Positions 1-14,232 of a stretch of 50,406 nucleotides of DNA are shown here, piece by piece. The DNA lies in contig MQRK01203367.1 in the NCBI GenBank assembly GCA_001938485.1, positions 35,436 to 85,841 of the forward strand, written 5' to 3'. How positions within the stretch are numbered: position 1 is the stretch's first letter; every line of letters begins with the position of its first letter. The translations under genes and the position numbers were made by a program. The notes below the pieces were generated by a model, which was not told the DNA's origin, did not search any database, and saw only the letters and a program-made list of their open reading frames with translations. This DNA comes from Girardia tigrina. Taxonomy: Eukaryota.

Positions 1-128
1 GAAACCGCGACCGTTGTCATGGTAACCGCGACCGTTGCTATGGTAACCGCGACCGTTGTCATGGTAACCACGGTAACTAAGGGCGAGGGTGGGGGTTAGT
101 GAGGGAGAGTGCCCATTTTCCCCCTACT
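1..128. repeat. Terminus of a dispersed repeat (Polinton/Maverick-like TIR end) with a 21-bp X-box minisatellite; element runs off the left edge
   Basis: Three 21-bp units containing GTTGTCATGGTAAC (13-26), GTTGCTATGGTAAC (34-47) and GTTGTCATGGTAAC (55-68), then a G-rich tract and the end ...CATTTTCCCCCTACT (128). The same end occurs at 48040 and, inverted, at 50254. Confidence 0.7.
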
Positions 129-563
129 CATTCTTTATGCGGACAGAACTCTACTTGGCCAACAGAATTTTAGTTATCTTTTGTGGAACGGAAAATTAAT
201 ATTACCTTTTTTAATAAATTTATTATGTTATTAGTAACTATTGCAATATTTTGCTGAAGGAAAAATTTCATACAAAAACATTTAACGATTCTATTTTATT
301 ATTAAAAAATTATTAATAACATAATAAATTTATTATAAAACTTGGAAGGAAAAAACCAAAACAAATTATAATTTAATAGCTAATGTTTATCATAAAATTT
401 ACTAAATGCATTTTTACCCAATAATATTTTGAGAAATTAAAGGTTATCACTATTAATATCTCATTCATTAATCACAGATTGGAATAAATATAGAAAATAT
501 ATCAATCAAAGAAAGATGCTTACCGCAGATTGTGCTACCTATTTGTGTTGTTAATAAATGTTT

Positions 564-1100
564 TCACTCAAAAAAATATGGTGACTGCGGTTCTCCGTCA
601 GAAAACAACATACAATCACTAACTAACCCTTTTAAAACGACCGTTTTCGAACAACCCGAATCAATCAACCCTATGGCCGACCTGTCATTTACGGTGACGA
701 TCATCGTCGGCAACGCCTGCAACTGTGAAGGGAGAGAGCCGGCGCCTACAAACTCCCCTGTTCGTTTTCTGACTGACAATATTTTGCTATATTACCCGGT
801 TTCTGACATTTGTAGCATATGGTATGTCTGTTTGATTGCCACTGAGAACCCTTATGATGCTTCCTTTCTTCCCATTCGGTGTCTCTCTCACGATAAACAT
901 AGGGTCCTTTGTGAAGATTTGCTCTGGGTTTATTGAGTTTTCCATGACCTTCGGATCTCCCTGTTTCTTTGTTGTTGTTTCCGTGTTGTATTACTACTAT
1001 TGAACCCTGTAATAAAGCATTTTTAATCCCTACAGCTATACTCGATCATTTTGGTCAAGGGTAGGTCACCCAGATCTCGAAGCAAACGCTTCCATCGAGT
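564..1100 (-). pseudogene. Ty3/Gypsy gag-protease remnant
   Basis: ORF 564-779 contains the retropepsin motif IGLIDSGCSKTVV; degenerate gag-like sequence lies upstream; upstream boundary approximate. Confidence 0.65.
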
Positions 1101-1704
1101 TTTTCCAAAAACTCCAAAACGATTTTCATATCATTTATTATGCCCGCATAGCTTGTAACACGCGAAAAGTTTATTTTCCAAAGCACTGTTTAATTGATAA
1201 TATTTAAACAAAATATTTATCAAAAAAGCATGTATAAAATATTTTAAATAAGCAAATATCTAATATCCAACACATGAAAAGTTTAAAATAAAGTAAAATC
1301 AAACCTCAGAAATAATTCTGATGAGCTTCTTCTTATTATTTTTAAATTTCTAAAGTTTTCAAAATTTCCATTATTAAGTATAAGAATCTCCGACACAATT
1401 CATTGTGTTGCTCAAGTTATCATTTTATATCTCTATTGAAACCAACTTTCGTAATTTTAAATACCTTATTTTATTTTTAAAATTAAATTTGAAAATACTG
1501 TTTTAAATTTAAGTAACATTATATTATCCGACGAGGAATTAAACTTATTAAAGTTTGATCCGAAACATTCGATTAAAAATAAAATTATTAAATTTAAACT
1601 TTGTGGCATAAATGTCATTTGTTTGAATCGATAGATTTACACGTGTTTGATTTATTTAAATAAATTTTGTATTTGTAGTGTCTTCAGAAGCTATCGTGGT
1701 ACGA

Positions 1705-2900
1705 ATGAATTGAATAAAGTTCACGGATTCCGCCCGGTCATTCGACGGCACAGGAAACTTCGGGGAATGGTGTCGTAAATATGAGGCCACGGCGGCCGTT
1801 TGCGAAATCGATAAATCGGTTGCTCTTTTGATGCTGCTCGAAGGGCGAGCTTGCGAGCTCTTTTTGGGAATGCCGATCGAGAAGCAAAATAATTATCAAG
1901 AAGTCAAAGATGTACTGTCAAGCGCATACCGTCCAGACCCGAGAGAAGTATATAAGCTATTCCGTTCTTCAACCTCTTCGACCTAGCGAAGCGGTTGGAG
2001 AATTTGCGGCAGATCTGTGACGGCTCGCAACAACTATCTGTCACGGCCATGAACGGCAGTAGTTTTTTCTGCGTCAGGCATTCATGATGGGCTTGCCGGC
2101 TGATGTGTCAAGCCATTTATCAGTTGAGGCGGNTGAGAATCGAAACCGGGTTTGAATGGCTGCTTCTAATGGCGCGGGCGCTCTTCCGGATCAGACGGCG
2201 GAAACTCGGTGACACGGTGGTTTGAGCGTCGCTACCTGTAGTCAAAAATGGGGATTCAGATCAAGTCAAAATGATGAAGGCGTCGGTAATAGCTTCATAT
2301 GGATCTTGCGGCAATCCAGCAAGGCACGACCGGTGGAACCGCAAGTCATGTAGTCGCGCCGAAGGGGCAGAATGGAAGGCCCCACCCGTCCAAGCCAGCA
2401 AAAGGAAGTGTTTTATTTGCAATTCAGTAGATCATCTGTGAACAGAGTGTCCTCACCGCCACCAGCAGTCAAGAAAAGAGTAGCAGGCCACCACCGGTGC
2501 GCGGGTGGTGTGTCTGCAAATTTCGTGGCGCAATTCTAAGTCCACGTCGAGAGGAGATCTATCAGGGCTGTGGTGGATACCGGGTGCTCGATTTCAATGA
2601 TCGACCAACGGTTAGTCTCGGCAGATCGTGCAGTTGGTATGTCCGAAAAATTGCAGACAGTATTGGGACCGACCGTAATACGTTCAGGTGCCTGACTGTA
2701 GCTCGTAGTGAACGGGCATCAGGTGCGGGGTTGGGTGTTGCTGGCACAGAACCTGGGAGGTATAGACGTTGGGATGCTGCTGGGTATGGACCTAATTTCA
2801 AAATTAGGAGGCGTCTATGTCAGAAATCATTGATCCGACACAGTATTCGGCCTGGGTTGATATGGTAAACTTAATCAAATACCGGCATCAAAAGAAACCA
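1705..2900 (+). pseudogene. Ty3/Gypsy gag-protease remnant (GC-rich family)
   Basis: Manual translation gives gag-like FDGTGNFGEWCRKYEA...LLEGRACELF, a zinc knuckle CFICNSVDHL*TEC near 2409-2450 and protease RAVVDTGCSISMI near 2563-2601; stops and frameshifts throughout. Confidence 0.75.
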
Positions 2901-5759
2901 ATCGGAGACAGTCAACGGCGGTGCTGTTATCCACTCGGTCAAACCAACCGCAAGCAGTTTGTCACGACCCCTTCCAGTTGGAACATTTTTGAAAGCTCAT
3001 GAGCCCCCAGTGGTTGTTAAGGGTCAACCACGACCAGACATATCTCGTGTTTATCTCAATATATTTATCTGGTTATGTGGTCGACGCTACTCCCTTACCT
3101 GACATCTAACGAGTAGTGCCAGGTTTGGAGTGCCTTCGAGTGTTCCTTAAGTCGGTAACAAGCTATGGACCCCCCCAACTAACTCAGTATCGAACGGGGT
3201 TGTTTTTACAATTATCACTTTATAATCCGGTACATATGTTTCGCCGTTATTCTGTTAAGTATCGGTTGGCATTATGCGTTACTGGTTACTCATTTCACCG
3301 TGCAGGTTTGCTGAGGCATTTACTGGTGTTCGATTACGACTCTCATTATATTATTTCAGGTTAGGTACTGCTTTATAATAACCTCCGGGGATGTAAGATA
3401 TATCAATCACCGAAATTACCCCTCTCGATTTCTCGTAAATAATTAGCGCATTCCTAAACTTCTGAGCGGGTTCAATGCCGTTATCGTTGTGAGGCTAATT
3501 ATCTGATGAAGATGTTTAATACTCTTATCGTTGCATGACTAATCATTTATCTGGAATAAAACTAATTAATTAATTAATTAACTAATTTATTATGGTTAAT
3601 ATTTTAAGTATAAATCAATATTAAATCGACTTACTTTACATTTTACTTTAAATTATAATACTCAAAATATATCCATTTAACCTGTGATTTTATTATAATT
3701 TTTCAGAAACGTAAGACAATCCACTCCAAAATATAATAATTCAACTTTTGATTATCAATATCACAGTGACTAATTTGCTGACGGTTAAGTTTAGTTGACA
3801 CATGCGCACATCTTACTAATAATCATTACTGCCTGTCGCCATATCGGCCTGGGATTGGCTCATTTATTATTGATTTATTTAACGACTCTATTTCGTTATT
3901 GATCTACGTTGCCCTTGTAGTCGAACAGAATCGATCTAATAGCACTTAACGATGTTCTATCTATTGTATCTGAGAATGCCGTTCGCAAGCTCTATGGGGA
4001 TACTTCTTCAAGTCGGTACGATTCCCTTAATGGCCGTTCGGTGGTGATAATTATTCTAGGATGTTTCGATAGTCTCATCATTTCAACTGATCTCTGGAAA
4101 GCACGAGGAAGGGAGAGGACGACGAAAAGCTCTTCTCTACTAAACGAGGATTAATACTTTTATTCAATGTAGTAACTATTAATATGAGAAGATAATTGTT
4201 ATAAAAAAATTTATTAAAATTAGAAACATAAATCAATACAAATTACACTCAAAACCCAGATATTTACATTGAATTATTACTTCTCGGTCGAATGGTACTG
4301 TCGGATTCTGTATAATAGTTGTGGCAACAAGTTTTTTCTATTAGTCGCTCTCGGTTTGTCGGGTTCCGGATTCGCTCTACTTCGGTGTCTCGCAAATTAA
4401 TGTTGATGTTCTTATAAATTAATGTTAAGGTTGTTGTTAATGTTCTGATTCCTGCTGATTCGGCCGTTGTATATATAGAAGCGTTTTCTCTTGGTGTGGT
4501 GTACACTTCATCGTGGAAGTCCTATTGTTTGTTACTGTTAATTCTTATTTTTTATTTGTCAGGACATGTGTGCATGCGGACTTCCGTAAGTGACAAGGAT
4601 AGCGCTTAGTTATGATTATTCATAATGAATAATCACGCGACGTTTATTTCAGGAACATGATATGATTCACAGTAAGTTTTAATTAATTTCTTTTATCTTA
4701 ATTAATTTTTCGTTATATTTCAGGGCTTTATATCTTTTTGCCAGACGACCCAGCTCTAGATTGAAGCACAATTATGGGTAACAGACGTCAGGGGTTTTCT
4801 GGAGAGGTCCGGTTGAACGATTTCTTTCATCGGGTGAGCTCTGGCACGACATTGTATATTTTAACTTATTTCTGTAGCGTTTTGGACCGCAAAATTGCTC
4901 ACAATGTTCCTCTAGACCAATTGAATACATGAGACTATTGTGATAATTTTTAATATATGTATTATCCCGGAACTGACTTTGCTTTATTTCTTAAGTCTCT
5001 TAAATGTCCGACTTTCGACCGTAAAACTCCTCCGGGTAGCATTGAGATCTCGACCCAAGATGTAACAACAAAAGAAAAGTATAAAATTAAAGATTCATAT
5101 GAGAACACACAAGATAAGAAAAGGTAAGTGTCGGTTAAACTAAAGCAAGATACTCATTCAAACATTCACATTCAATCAGTTATAAATTTTACACACATAA
5201 GATAACTAAGTTTAAATCACCCATGTCCGATATCGATCACGCAATTGTCATATTTACAATGTTATATCAAATAGATTGTCTCATTTTTAATAGCTGGTGA
5301 TGCAGTGAGGGTCAACCAGCACTCGATTTACTTGAGGTGTCATCGGTCTAATGCTCGTAGTTCTGATTGGTGGTCGAATCTCTGCATAATTGAAACCGTT
5401 CAACTCCGTCGGCATTCGTAGTGGATCAGAAAATTTGCTCAGGTTCAGCACTCTGGCAATGATGTCTTTCGGTTCCCTTTCGATCCGTGCCTGGGCATCG
5501 AATTCAATCTCCTGCTCGATCTGATCGGGTATTAGATTATCTGGGCCTTTTGGAGCCTCATATTTCCGCCCGCCATTGAGTTTCTTTGTTCTGGCATCTC
5601 TCTTTTACCGTAAACATCAGTGATAATATAGATGTATGTTGATACATCTCATAACGATTATGTCAGCAACTGCAGCTGAAAAAATGATTATTGCAATAAG
5701 TCAACCTATCGACGATGTTGTTTTTGCCATCTTTTTTATTAGTTTTGTAGTGAATTTGT

Positions 5760-8753
5760 ACCATCACGATCAACCAACAAAACCCTCACAACAAAAATTT
5801 AAAAACCATTATAACACAAAAACGAATAATAACGTGAACACGGAAAACAGTACACTTTGTTTCTATCACACTAAGTATAAAAATAAAGTGTTCAAGTGTA
5901 CACCCCCGTGCAATTTCTAAAACAACCATTTAAACACAATCAGTCATCTAGGGACGCACCAAAACTAGATGAAATTTACAGTATCTTTACGATGCAACCG
6001 CAAAACACAAGTTTTAGTTTTCTTGTTGACATAGGTTCAGTTGTTTCTGTTATTCCGGCAAGTCATTTTATACAAACACACTACAAACAAAATACAAAAT
6101 TGTTCGCAGCCAATGGATCAGAGATTAAAACTTTTGGTTCAAAGACTTACAGTTTAACTCTCGCAAACAAAATCTTTACCTGGAACTTTATAATCGCTGA
6201 CATTCTCAAAGCCATCTTAGGGGCAGATTTTCTAACACATTACATCTTACTAGTGGATTGCAAAAATAAAACTTTTATAGACAGAAATGCTTCAAAATAT
6301 TTTAAAAAAATCAACATGAACCAAACTCAAACAATTAACCCAACACTATCGTATATACCCAAAACAAAAATTACAACTTTCTACAATCACACATTTAACA
6401 AAAAGAATATAAACAGACACAACTCATTCAATCAAAATAAACCAAATTTGATTCCTAGTCAGTATAAATCACCAAACATACAAAAAAATTCTACACAGAC
6501 CCAAACAAATCTCACAAGTTTAAATAAAATATCCACAATAACATCTTCATATAAATCTACAACTCAAAATAATCAATTTGAAACTATCAAACAAAAGAAC
6601 ATTGAAAAAAAACTCAAACAAAAATCTAAAAATTTCAAATCCACAACCAACAGACAACAATCAGAAAATCACCGAAAATACGAAAATTATAAAAAAATGA
6701 TTAGGGGAGGCGATAATAGACAAAAGTACAATTCAGTTCAAAGAAACAACACATCAAATTATTACCAAAGGTCTTCCGACACACGCAAAAACAAGGATCT
6801 TACCACCAGAGAAACTTACAGAAGCAAAGAAGATTTTCAATGATATGATTAACAAAGGCATAATCAGAAGCTCCGATTCTAACTGGTCTTCTCCTTTACT
6901 CATGAAACTAAAAAAAGACAATTCTTGGAGATGCTGCGGCGACTACCAAAAGTTTAATGCGATAACGAAAAAGGACGGATACCCAGTTCCACTCATAAGA
7001 GATGTAACGACAAGATTACCAGAGGTCAAATTCTTCACAAAGCTCGACTTTGATAAAGCATATTATCAAATCAAAATGACAGAAGAAGACATCAAAAAGA
7101 CGGCAATTTTAGCACCATTCCGGTTATTTGAATTTTAAAAAATGTCTTTCGGCCTCAAAAATGCAGCCTCCATCTTTTATAGACACATGGATTGTCTTTT
7201 ATCAAAACTAGATTATGCAGTATCCTACTTAAATGACATTTTAATTGGAAGCATCGATGAGAAATCACATCAAAATCACGTTATAACAGTCTACGAAATT
7301 CTAAAGAACAACGGGCTGAAACTAAACATGGAGAAATGCGAATTCTACAAAAAGAAAATCACATTTTTGGGTGATACTATAGAACAAGGTGTTATATACC
7401 CAATAGTAGAAAAAGTGGAACAAATAAAACTCATCGAAACACCAAAAAACGTTCAAGAAATCAGGAGATTTTGCGGAATGGTGAAGGTTTATCACAAATT
7501 CATCCCTAACTGTTCAGGTTTGTTAGCGCCCATCACATATTTGATAAAAAACAAAAAGAAATTGGAAAAGATAAACTAGGATGAAGAAAGCCTGCAAAAG
7601 TTCACTGCAATAATAAATACTTTGGCAAAAATCAACAAATTACACATGATTCAACAAAACACAAAGTTAACTTTAACAACGGACGCTTCAAATTTCGCGA
7701 TCGGAGAAACTTTATCTCAGAAAATTAACTCACACGACGCGCCCATAGCTTTCTTTTTACAAAAACTTAGCACAACCGAATCTCATTATTCAACTTTCGA
7801 CAGAGAATTACTCGCGATATACAGATCGATCAAACATTTCGAAGATTACCTGATTCACAGAGAATTCACCATACATACTGATCATAAGCCTCTAACACAC
7901 GCGTGATCATTAAAAAACCCAAGTCCTCACCAACTAAATCACGCATGTTATATATCACAATTTAATTGTACCATACAATTCATACCAGGCAGAACAAACA
8001 TTGTCGCAGACTTTTTATCACGTAATACTATCAACAACATAAGTTTCATAAAAATGCTGAACACAAATGATTTATTAAACAAACAAGATGATGTACTCAA
8101 CGAATGTCAAAACAGCTCACTAATATTAAAAAAAGATTGATCAGATTTGGTATGACAAAAGTATGAGCGGAATTTACAGACCTTTAATCCCGAAAGATCT
8201 AAGAATCATCTGCATGAAAAGCATTCATGACTTTGGTCATTACGGACTCAAAACAACATATAATATTCTCAAAACACAAATCTGTTGGAAAAACATGCAT
8301 AAAGATATGAAAACATTCACACGAAATTGTACCATCTGTAACAAAAACAAAAACACAAAGTTGGCCATCTCAACCAACAACATAATGGCTAAAACAATAT
8401 GCGAAAATTTCGAAAAACGCTGGGTGGCGAGATATGGTCCACCCAAATGCATCATGACAGACCAGGGCAAACAATTCCAATCGGTCGAATTCACAAAACT
8501 TTATGACAATCTGAATATAAAAAAATACAAGACAGCACCATACAATCCACAATCTAACGGGAAAGTAGAAATCTTCAACCGGTATTTAAAACAAACATTA
8601 AGGACAAAGGGCAACAACCATGACTGGTTATCAAAACTAAATAAAACAAATTTCGCCCTCAGAATAAAACCTCACAGTTTTGACAACAAGTCCGCTTTCG
8701 AAAAATTAACAGAGACAAAATTTAACGTCCAATTATTCACAAAAGTTAATTAA
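5760..8753 (+). mobile_element. Degenerate Ty3/Gypsy gag-end/pol (PR-RT-RNaseH-IN)
   Basis: gag C-terminal CFYHTKYKNKVFKCTPPC; protease FLVDIGSVVSVIP; RT WSSPLLM..WRCCGDY, LDFDKAYYQI, MSFGLKNA, YLNDIL (YxDD mutated); RNase H TTDASNFAIG, DRELLAIY, TDHKPL; integrase TDQGKQF, PQSNGKVE. Broken by stops and an integrase deletion. Confidence 0.93.
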
Positions 8754-9239
8754 ATAAAAAGTTCATTGAATAAGGAAATGAAAACCAGAACACACAATCA
8801 AAATTTAATCAAAATTAGGTCTATATCAAACCATATCACTATTTCGAATGAACAATTTAATACAAAATTTCACATTTGGGGATTCCTCGAATTATTTTTG
8901 ATATTATTTATTATTATTTTTGATATTTTTTTTCTTTTCAAAAACGAATTCCATGAATTATAAATTTAGTTTTAACACTTTGACTACTGGTGAATGAGTT
9001 ACTCACATAAAGTTCTGTTAAATTGTTTTTATTTGTACGATACAGCTTATAATAAATTATGTTGCTATATGAAGCAGTTGGTTCCCAAAATAAAATGTTT
9101 TTTTTATGATACCTACATATCATAAAAAACATTTTATTTTTGCTTTTCTAAATAGTAACAATTTTCATATGAAATTAGAGAAAGAAAACCTTTTAAAAAA
9201 TATTTTGAAGTTAAAATTATTTTTTTTCATAAAATCAAA

Positions 9240-9296
9240 AGAGCGCTATAACGAAACAGAGCTAAAAGAGGTAGCTTTAATCGAGGTATGCCTGTA
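9240..9296. mobile_element. pogo/Tigger-like right TIR remnant
   Basis: ...CTTTAATCGAGGTATGCCTG|TA resembles the CAGxxxxACCTCG TIRs and TA target of pogo-type elements; no partner TIR found. Confidence 0.4.
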
Positions 9297-10879
9297 TACC
9301 TGTGCGCGGTAGATCACTGAATAAGCTAATAACTGACGATATCCACTGTTAGTTTGTTGGTTATTATCTATTTTTTTCTTATTAAAAGTGTTAAAACAAT
9401 TAGCTATTTCATTTTTATTGTTACGTATTTATTAACAATTAAGTTCACCAAATATACGATTTGGTTAACTTAGTTTTCCTATATTCTAAGTTTTGTAGTA
9501 ATATCAGAAATAGCGAATTCATTGCGTAATAGTTGGTTAGTTGAATTTGTTATTTCTTTTATTACACAATGAATAAAAAACATAATAAATTCAACTTTGA
9601 TTTTTTTATATTTGCCAAACCCTTAGAATTGACTTTTAAATCAGTAACACATTAAAATTTTCTTCTTAACCGTTTCGTGGATTTGTTTGAGTCGTGGTCC
9701 CAAAATATCAACTTCAAATCGATGAAATCGTTGAAAATTTTGAATTTTTTTATCGGTCTTTGGTGGAAATTTATTCATATAAAGAATTGTTTTTAAAAAA
9801 AGTAAAATTTTTTTGATTTATAAGTTTGATTAAAGACAAATAGATTTAATCTATAGCTGATTTCATCTAGAAGATGATTACAGTTGACTTCGCATTGAAG
9901 TCATCTCCACTGTCCTTACACCTCGTGAAGATAGTTTATAATTTGGGCTGACAGTGAGTAACTTAAGATTAATGCTCAATCCTCAATTTATTTAATTTTA
10001 ATTTGCATCTTATTGTTTATTTCTACACTTGAGAAATTGATTATCTCTGTAAGCATAGTTTATCAATCAACTTAATTTCGTTCACCTGATATAATTTTCT
10101 TTTAAAGATTTCATAAATGAGATGTTTCTTGAAATTATAAATAGAGAAATCATTGTCATTCTGTCGACAACAACGAATTTGGTGCCATTGGTAATTGCTT
10201 CATGTTTAGTTCTGAAAAATTGGATTTGGGTGTCAAAAGTCATTCTAGGAAGGGTTTAAAAGGTTTAGTATATGTCATAATATTTTGTCAGTAATATTTT
10301 TGGATACAGAATCAGCTTGAATATTAATACCAAACGAAAATTCTGATCGGATACTTATTTTTAGTTCGAAGCATGAACTTATTCTATTGGGTTTAGAAAT
10401 AGAGAATGAAGATGTAGGTGTGCTAGTTGTATATAATTGGGAATGAAATTTCCAGTTTCCACAAATGAATTGCCATTTCTGATAATATCGGTGTGGTCCA
10501 AATATTCAAGTTAACATAGTATACTGAATAAAACTGCTTGAAAAAGGAACAATTTTTCTAAAAAAGAAATTTCAAAAACGGTAGAAAGATAACCATTTTT
10601 CATGTAATATGTTAGAAATTCAGAATTGTTATTATAATTTTTTGAAAGAATGTAAAATTAAATATACCAATAAAAATATAGAAAATTTATAAAATATGTA
10701 ATTATTTGATGTTTTAAAAAAGTTTTGAATTAATCAAATTTAACGAAACTGTGAAATAATTGTTAATGTGTGTGAAATTTAAATTATTAAATTTGATTAA
10801 AGGTAACTATTTGAAAACGAGAAAAGCTAAAATTTTCTTATATTCATACATCTTTAAAATTTGAAAATATATATATTAT

Positions 10880-11804
10880 TTATCTAAAGAGTGTTTGTTT
10901 GTTTGTCGGTCACGCTTTTAAATGTGAAATTACAGAGGAACCAGAGTGAATCAATTTAAGAATTTGGTTGATCTGGGTAGCCCTTATCAATACAATTTTG
11001 TCGGTGTTGCGCCTTTGCCGAAAGACGCCCGGAAAGCGATGAAATCGATCGAAAACCGTACAAGCCTTAAATGGTTAAATTAACACTGATTTTGAATAAA
11101 GACGATTTGGATGAATCCTACAAGGAATTTCGTGAAAATGTTTTATGAAAATACTAATTTATTTGATAAATGACGATTTCTATCACTTATTTTGCGAAAA
11201 ATCAATTTAGTAGAAATTACAAAATTTCGTTATTAAGAAATAATATCAACAAATAAAATGCGAAATTGCGGAGTAACTGGAGTCAATCCACTTAAGTACG
11301 TAAGCAATCTGGATAGCCCGCATCAATACAATTTTGTTTATTTTTGTCGTGAAAGTTTTTATGAAAATAATAATAAAATACTGGAAAAAAATAATAAAAT
11401 TTGAAATGGCGATTTCTATCACTTATTTACTAATTATATTTCTAAAAATCTATTTAGGTTAAATTTGCAAAATTTCGTTAATATCTGAATCCTGGTTTGT
11501 CGCTCATGCTCAAATTTTACTATGATCATATATATGCTGATAAAATGTGAAATAGTGGAGGAACAGGGTGTGAATCCGAGTACAGTTGAGATAAACCTGC
11601 ATAGTCCGCATCGAGGCGGTTTTGGCTGTACAGTTTTTTGATGAAAGGCTCCGGGAGCCGATTTAAATGACTGAATGTTAAATCAACACAGAATTCGAAA
11701 CAATGAATAACAAATTATAATAATTACGATTTAAAAATTAAGGCAAAAACTTTCAAAGACGAAAACTCAGCTCACCCGTCATATATGACGGGTCTTTTTT
11801 TAGT
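10880..11804 (+). mobile_element. Non-autonomous Helitron-like element
   Basis: 5' TATCT..(GTTT)n start; three internal imperfect repeats starting AAATGYGAAAT (about 10920, 11257, 11543); perfect 20-bp palindrome ACCCGTCATATATGACGGGT (11774-11793) followed by TTAG|T, a degenerate CTAG end. Confidence 0.7.
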
Positions 11805-11964
11805 TAGAAAATATTTTTTAGTCTTAATATTCTAGAATATGTGATAAATAATTAACAATGATGGAAAAAACAGATTCTTCTGCTTCCATGGGTGGGGGCT
11901 ATGAAGAACATTGAGACAATTCTCATTTCAATTTTTATTGCTATTACAATTTTCATTACTATCA

Positions 11965-12438
11965 CAACTCTCAGAAGATCTTTCCCCGTTTAACATCGTT
12001 CTAATGAGTTTCGTTATTTCTGATTTAAATCATGATTATTCGAAAGATTTTTCTTTTATTTTTTAAAATATTTAATTTTTAATAATATTAATTATAAATA
12101 ATAATTTAAACCATTTCTTAATAAAAAGCAAAATAATAAAAATGTTACCATATTATTAAAAATGAATTTAATTTAAATTTTATTAATTTTATTTATATCT
12201 AATTAAATGCTTTTCTTTTCTTAAAAATAATTAATTTAATTTTAATTGTTAATTTAAAAAATATAAGCTTATCAAATTATTATTTTAATTATGTTCCAAT
12301 AATCAATCACTTTAAATTTAAAAAAAAATACCAATTTCCATCTAGGTGGGAGAATCACCATTCTAAATTCAACATACTTAAATCAACATACAGCATCAGT
12401 ACATTTACACATTCAAACAATTTAAAATATTCCTCACA
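11965..12438 (-). repeat. LTR-like repeat, TGTGAGGAATATT family, copy A
   Basis: Ends AATATTCCTCACA at 12438; direct imperfect repeat of 12950-13351. Confidence 0.7.
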
Positions 12439-12879
12439 GGGGCTATTGATATTTATTAATCTTTATTTATCTACTTATTTATTTATTTAATTTTGTTGAC
12501 GGGCATTATTTGATTTATTTTTTATTTTTTTTGTGTCATGTGTGTTTATGTATATGTTTAGGTATTTGTTTTATGAATTTTATCATTTGTTTGTGTCTGT
12601 GCAGGGTTGAAAAAAATCAAAAGGAAAAAAGAAGAAAGTTTAAGATTGAAGGAATTAAAAGATGATTTTTAGGTGCAATTAAATTCTCCCTCCATTCCAA
12701 ACAATTATAATTATTATTAATAATTATATTTTAAAAATTTAAATTTGTAATAAATCAATGAATTGCATAGCAATTCAAAATTATAATCAATATTTAATCT
12801 CAGTCAAAAATTGAAACCGATTTTTTGAATTCTCACTACCTCACTTGAATTCTCTTCTACCATTTTGTACTGAAACTAA

Positions 12880-13351
12880 CATTCAACCTTATTAAGAACA
12901 TTTAAACAAGTCTTGTTTGAATGTTTATTACAATCACATTTAGAGTCATTAAGACTCTCAGAAAGTCTTTCATCGTTTGTCATCCTTCTAATTAGTTTTC
13001 TTATTTCTGTTTTTAATCATGATTATTCGAACAATTTTTCTTAATTATTTTTTAAAATATTTAGCCTCTAAAAATATTAATTAAAAAAATAATAATTTTT
13101 ACCATTTTTCAATAAATCTTAAAATAATAAAAATGTCATCAAATTATTAAAAATGAATTTAATTTAAATTTTACCAAAAAATATTAAACTTAATTTTAAT
13201 TGTGTTCGAATATTCAATCACTTTAAATTTAAATAAAAAAATACCAATTTCTATCTGGGTGGGAGAATCACCATTCTAAATTTAACATACTTAAATCAAC
13301 ATACAGCATCTATACATTTACACATTCAAACAATTTAAAATATTCCTCACA
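12880..13351 (-). repeat. LTR-like repeat, TGTGAGGAATATT family, copy B
   Basis: Ends AATATTCCTCACA at 13351; inverted repeat of 14233-14727. Confidence 0.75.
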
Positions 13352-13359
13352 AGAGGAAG

Positions 13360-14195
13360 CGGGGTTAAACAGTTGCTTGATCGATGGGGAGTGAAGGCGC
13401 AATTCAGATGCGTGAACCGACCGAGCGGAAACGGAATTGTAGAACGGAGCCACCGCACGATCAAAAGAATGGTAGCTCGAAGTGGCGGTCAGGTCGAGGA
13501 GATGATTGCGTGGTACAACACAATACCAAACGCGAAGGGTATAATTCCAGCATCAACGGTGTTTGCGCAAAAACGGAGATTGCTTCTGTCGAAAAAATTC
13601 TCGTTAATGCAACCTCATCCACAAAAAGAATTTAAGAACGACAATCTGACAGTAGGAGACGAAGTTTTTGTTAAGCCAGCACCGCCGTTCAACTGTACTA
13701 CGAAGTGGGCACGGGTAACTATTACCAATGAACCCCAGCTGAATCGCATCAAAGTTAATGGAATGCCATACCACATCAGTCACGTGAAGCGTGCAACCCC
13801 AATATCTACAAAACAAGCAGGAATAGCCAATCAGGAAAGAAATACAACCGACTTGATGAGAGTGGCGAGGATCGAATGGGAGAGCGACGAGGGAACAGAG
13901 TATACTGAAACGAACAATCAGCAAGATCCAAAAGCTGAAGAACGGCCTCGCCGCACGGTGCGTCCACCTATTCGACTCAACGACTTTGTCTGTACTAGCA
14001 ATCAGATTCTCAGTGACGACGAAGTACCTACTTGCTCGAGCAGCGTATGCTTGTGTGCCTTGAAGGCAATGGAGGCGTGTAATTAATTGTGATTAATTAT
14101 TACTTCATTTGTTTTAATCGGTTGTTTGCCGAGGCAGTTTGTTGATTTAAATAAATACTTCTGACGCATATTTATTTTTTCTGATTTAGACGACA
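13360..14195 (+). mobile_element. Gypsy integrase C-terminal half, polypurine tract and short 3' LTR (14078-14195)
   Basis: ORF 13373-14086 has PSGNGIVERSHRTIK, VGDEVFVK and RPRRTVRPPIRLNDF; purine-rich GAAGGCAATGGAGGCG precedes TGT at 14078; the 118-bp segment contains AATAAA and ends GACA at 14195. Confidence 0.85.
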
Positions 14196-14232
14196 TTAAT
14201 TTAAAACATATAATTTTCCTTGACTTTATATG

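Noticed and set aside
1-70. 21-bp repeats as a CRISPR array or telomere
   Set aside because: Units are head-to-tail with no unique spacers, there are no cas genes, the context is eukaryotic, and the same repeat occurs internally at 23-24 kb and 47-48 kb.
3000-5640. Possible long LTR/UTR and gag relics
   Set aside because: Composition is TE-like, but I could not establish paired termini, a TSD or a protein motif, so no feature was called.
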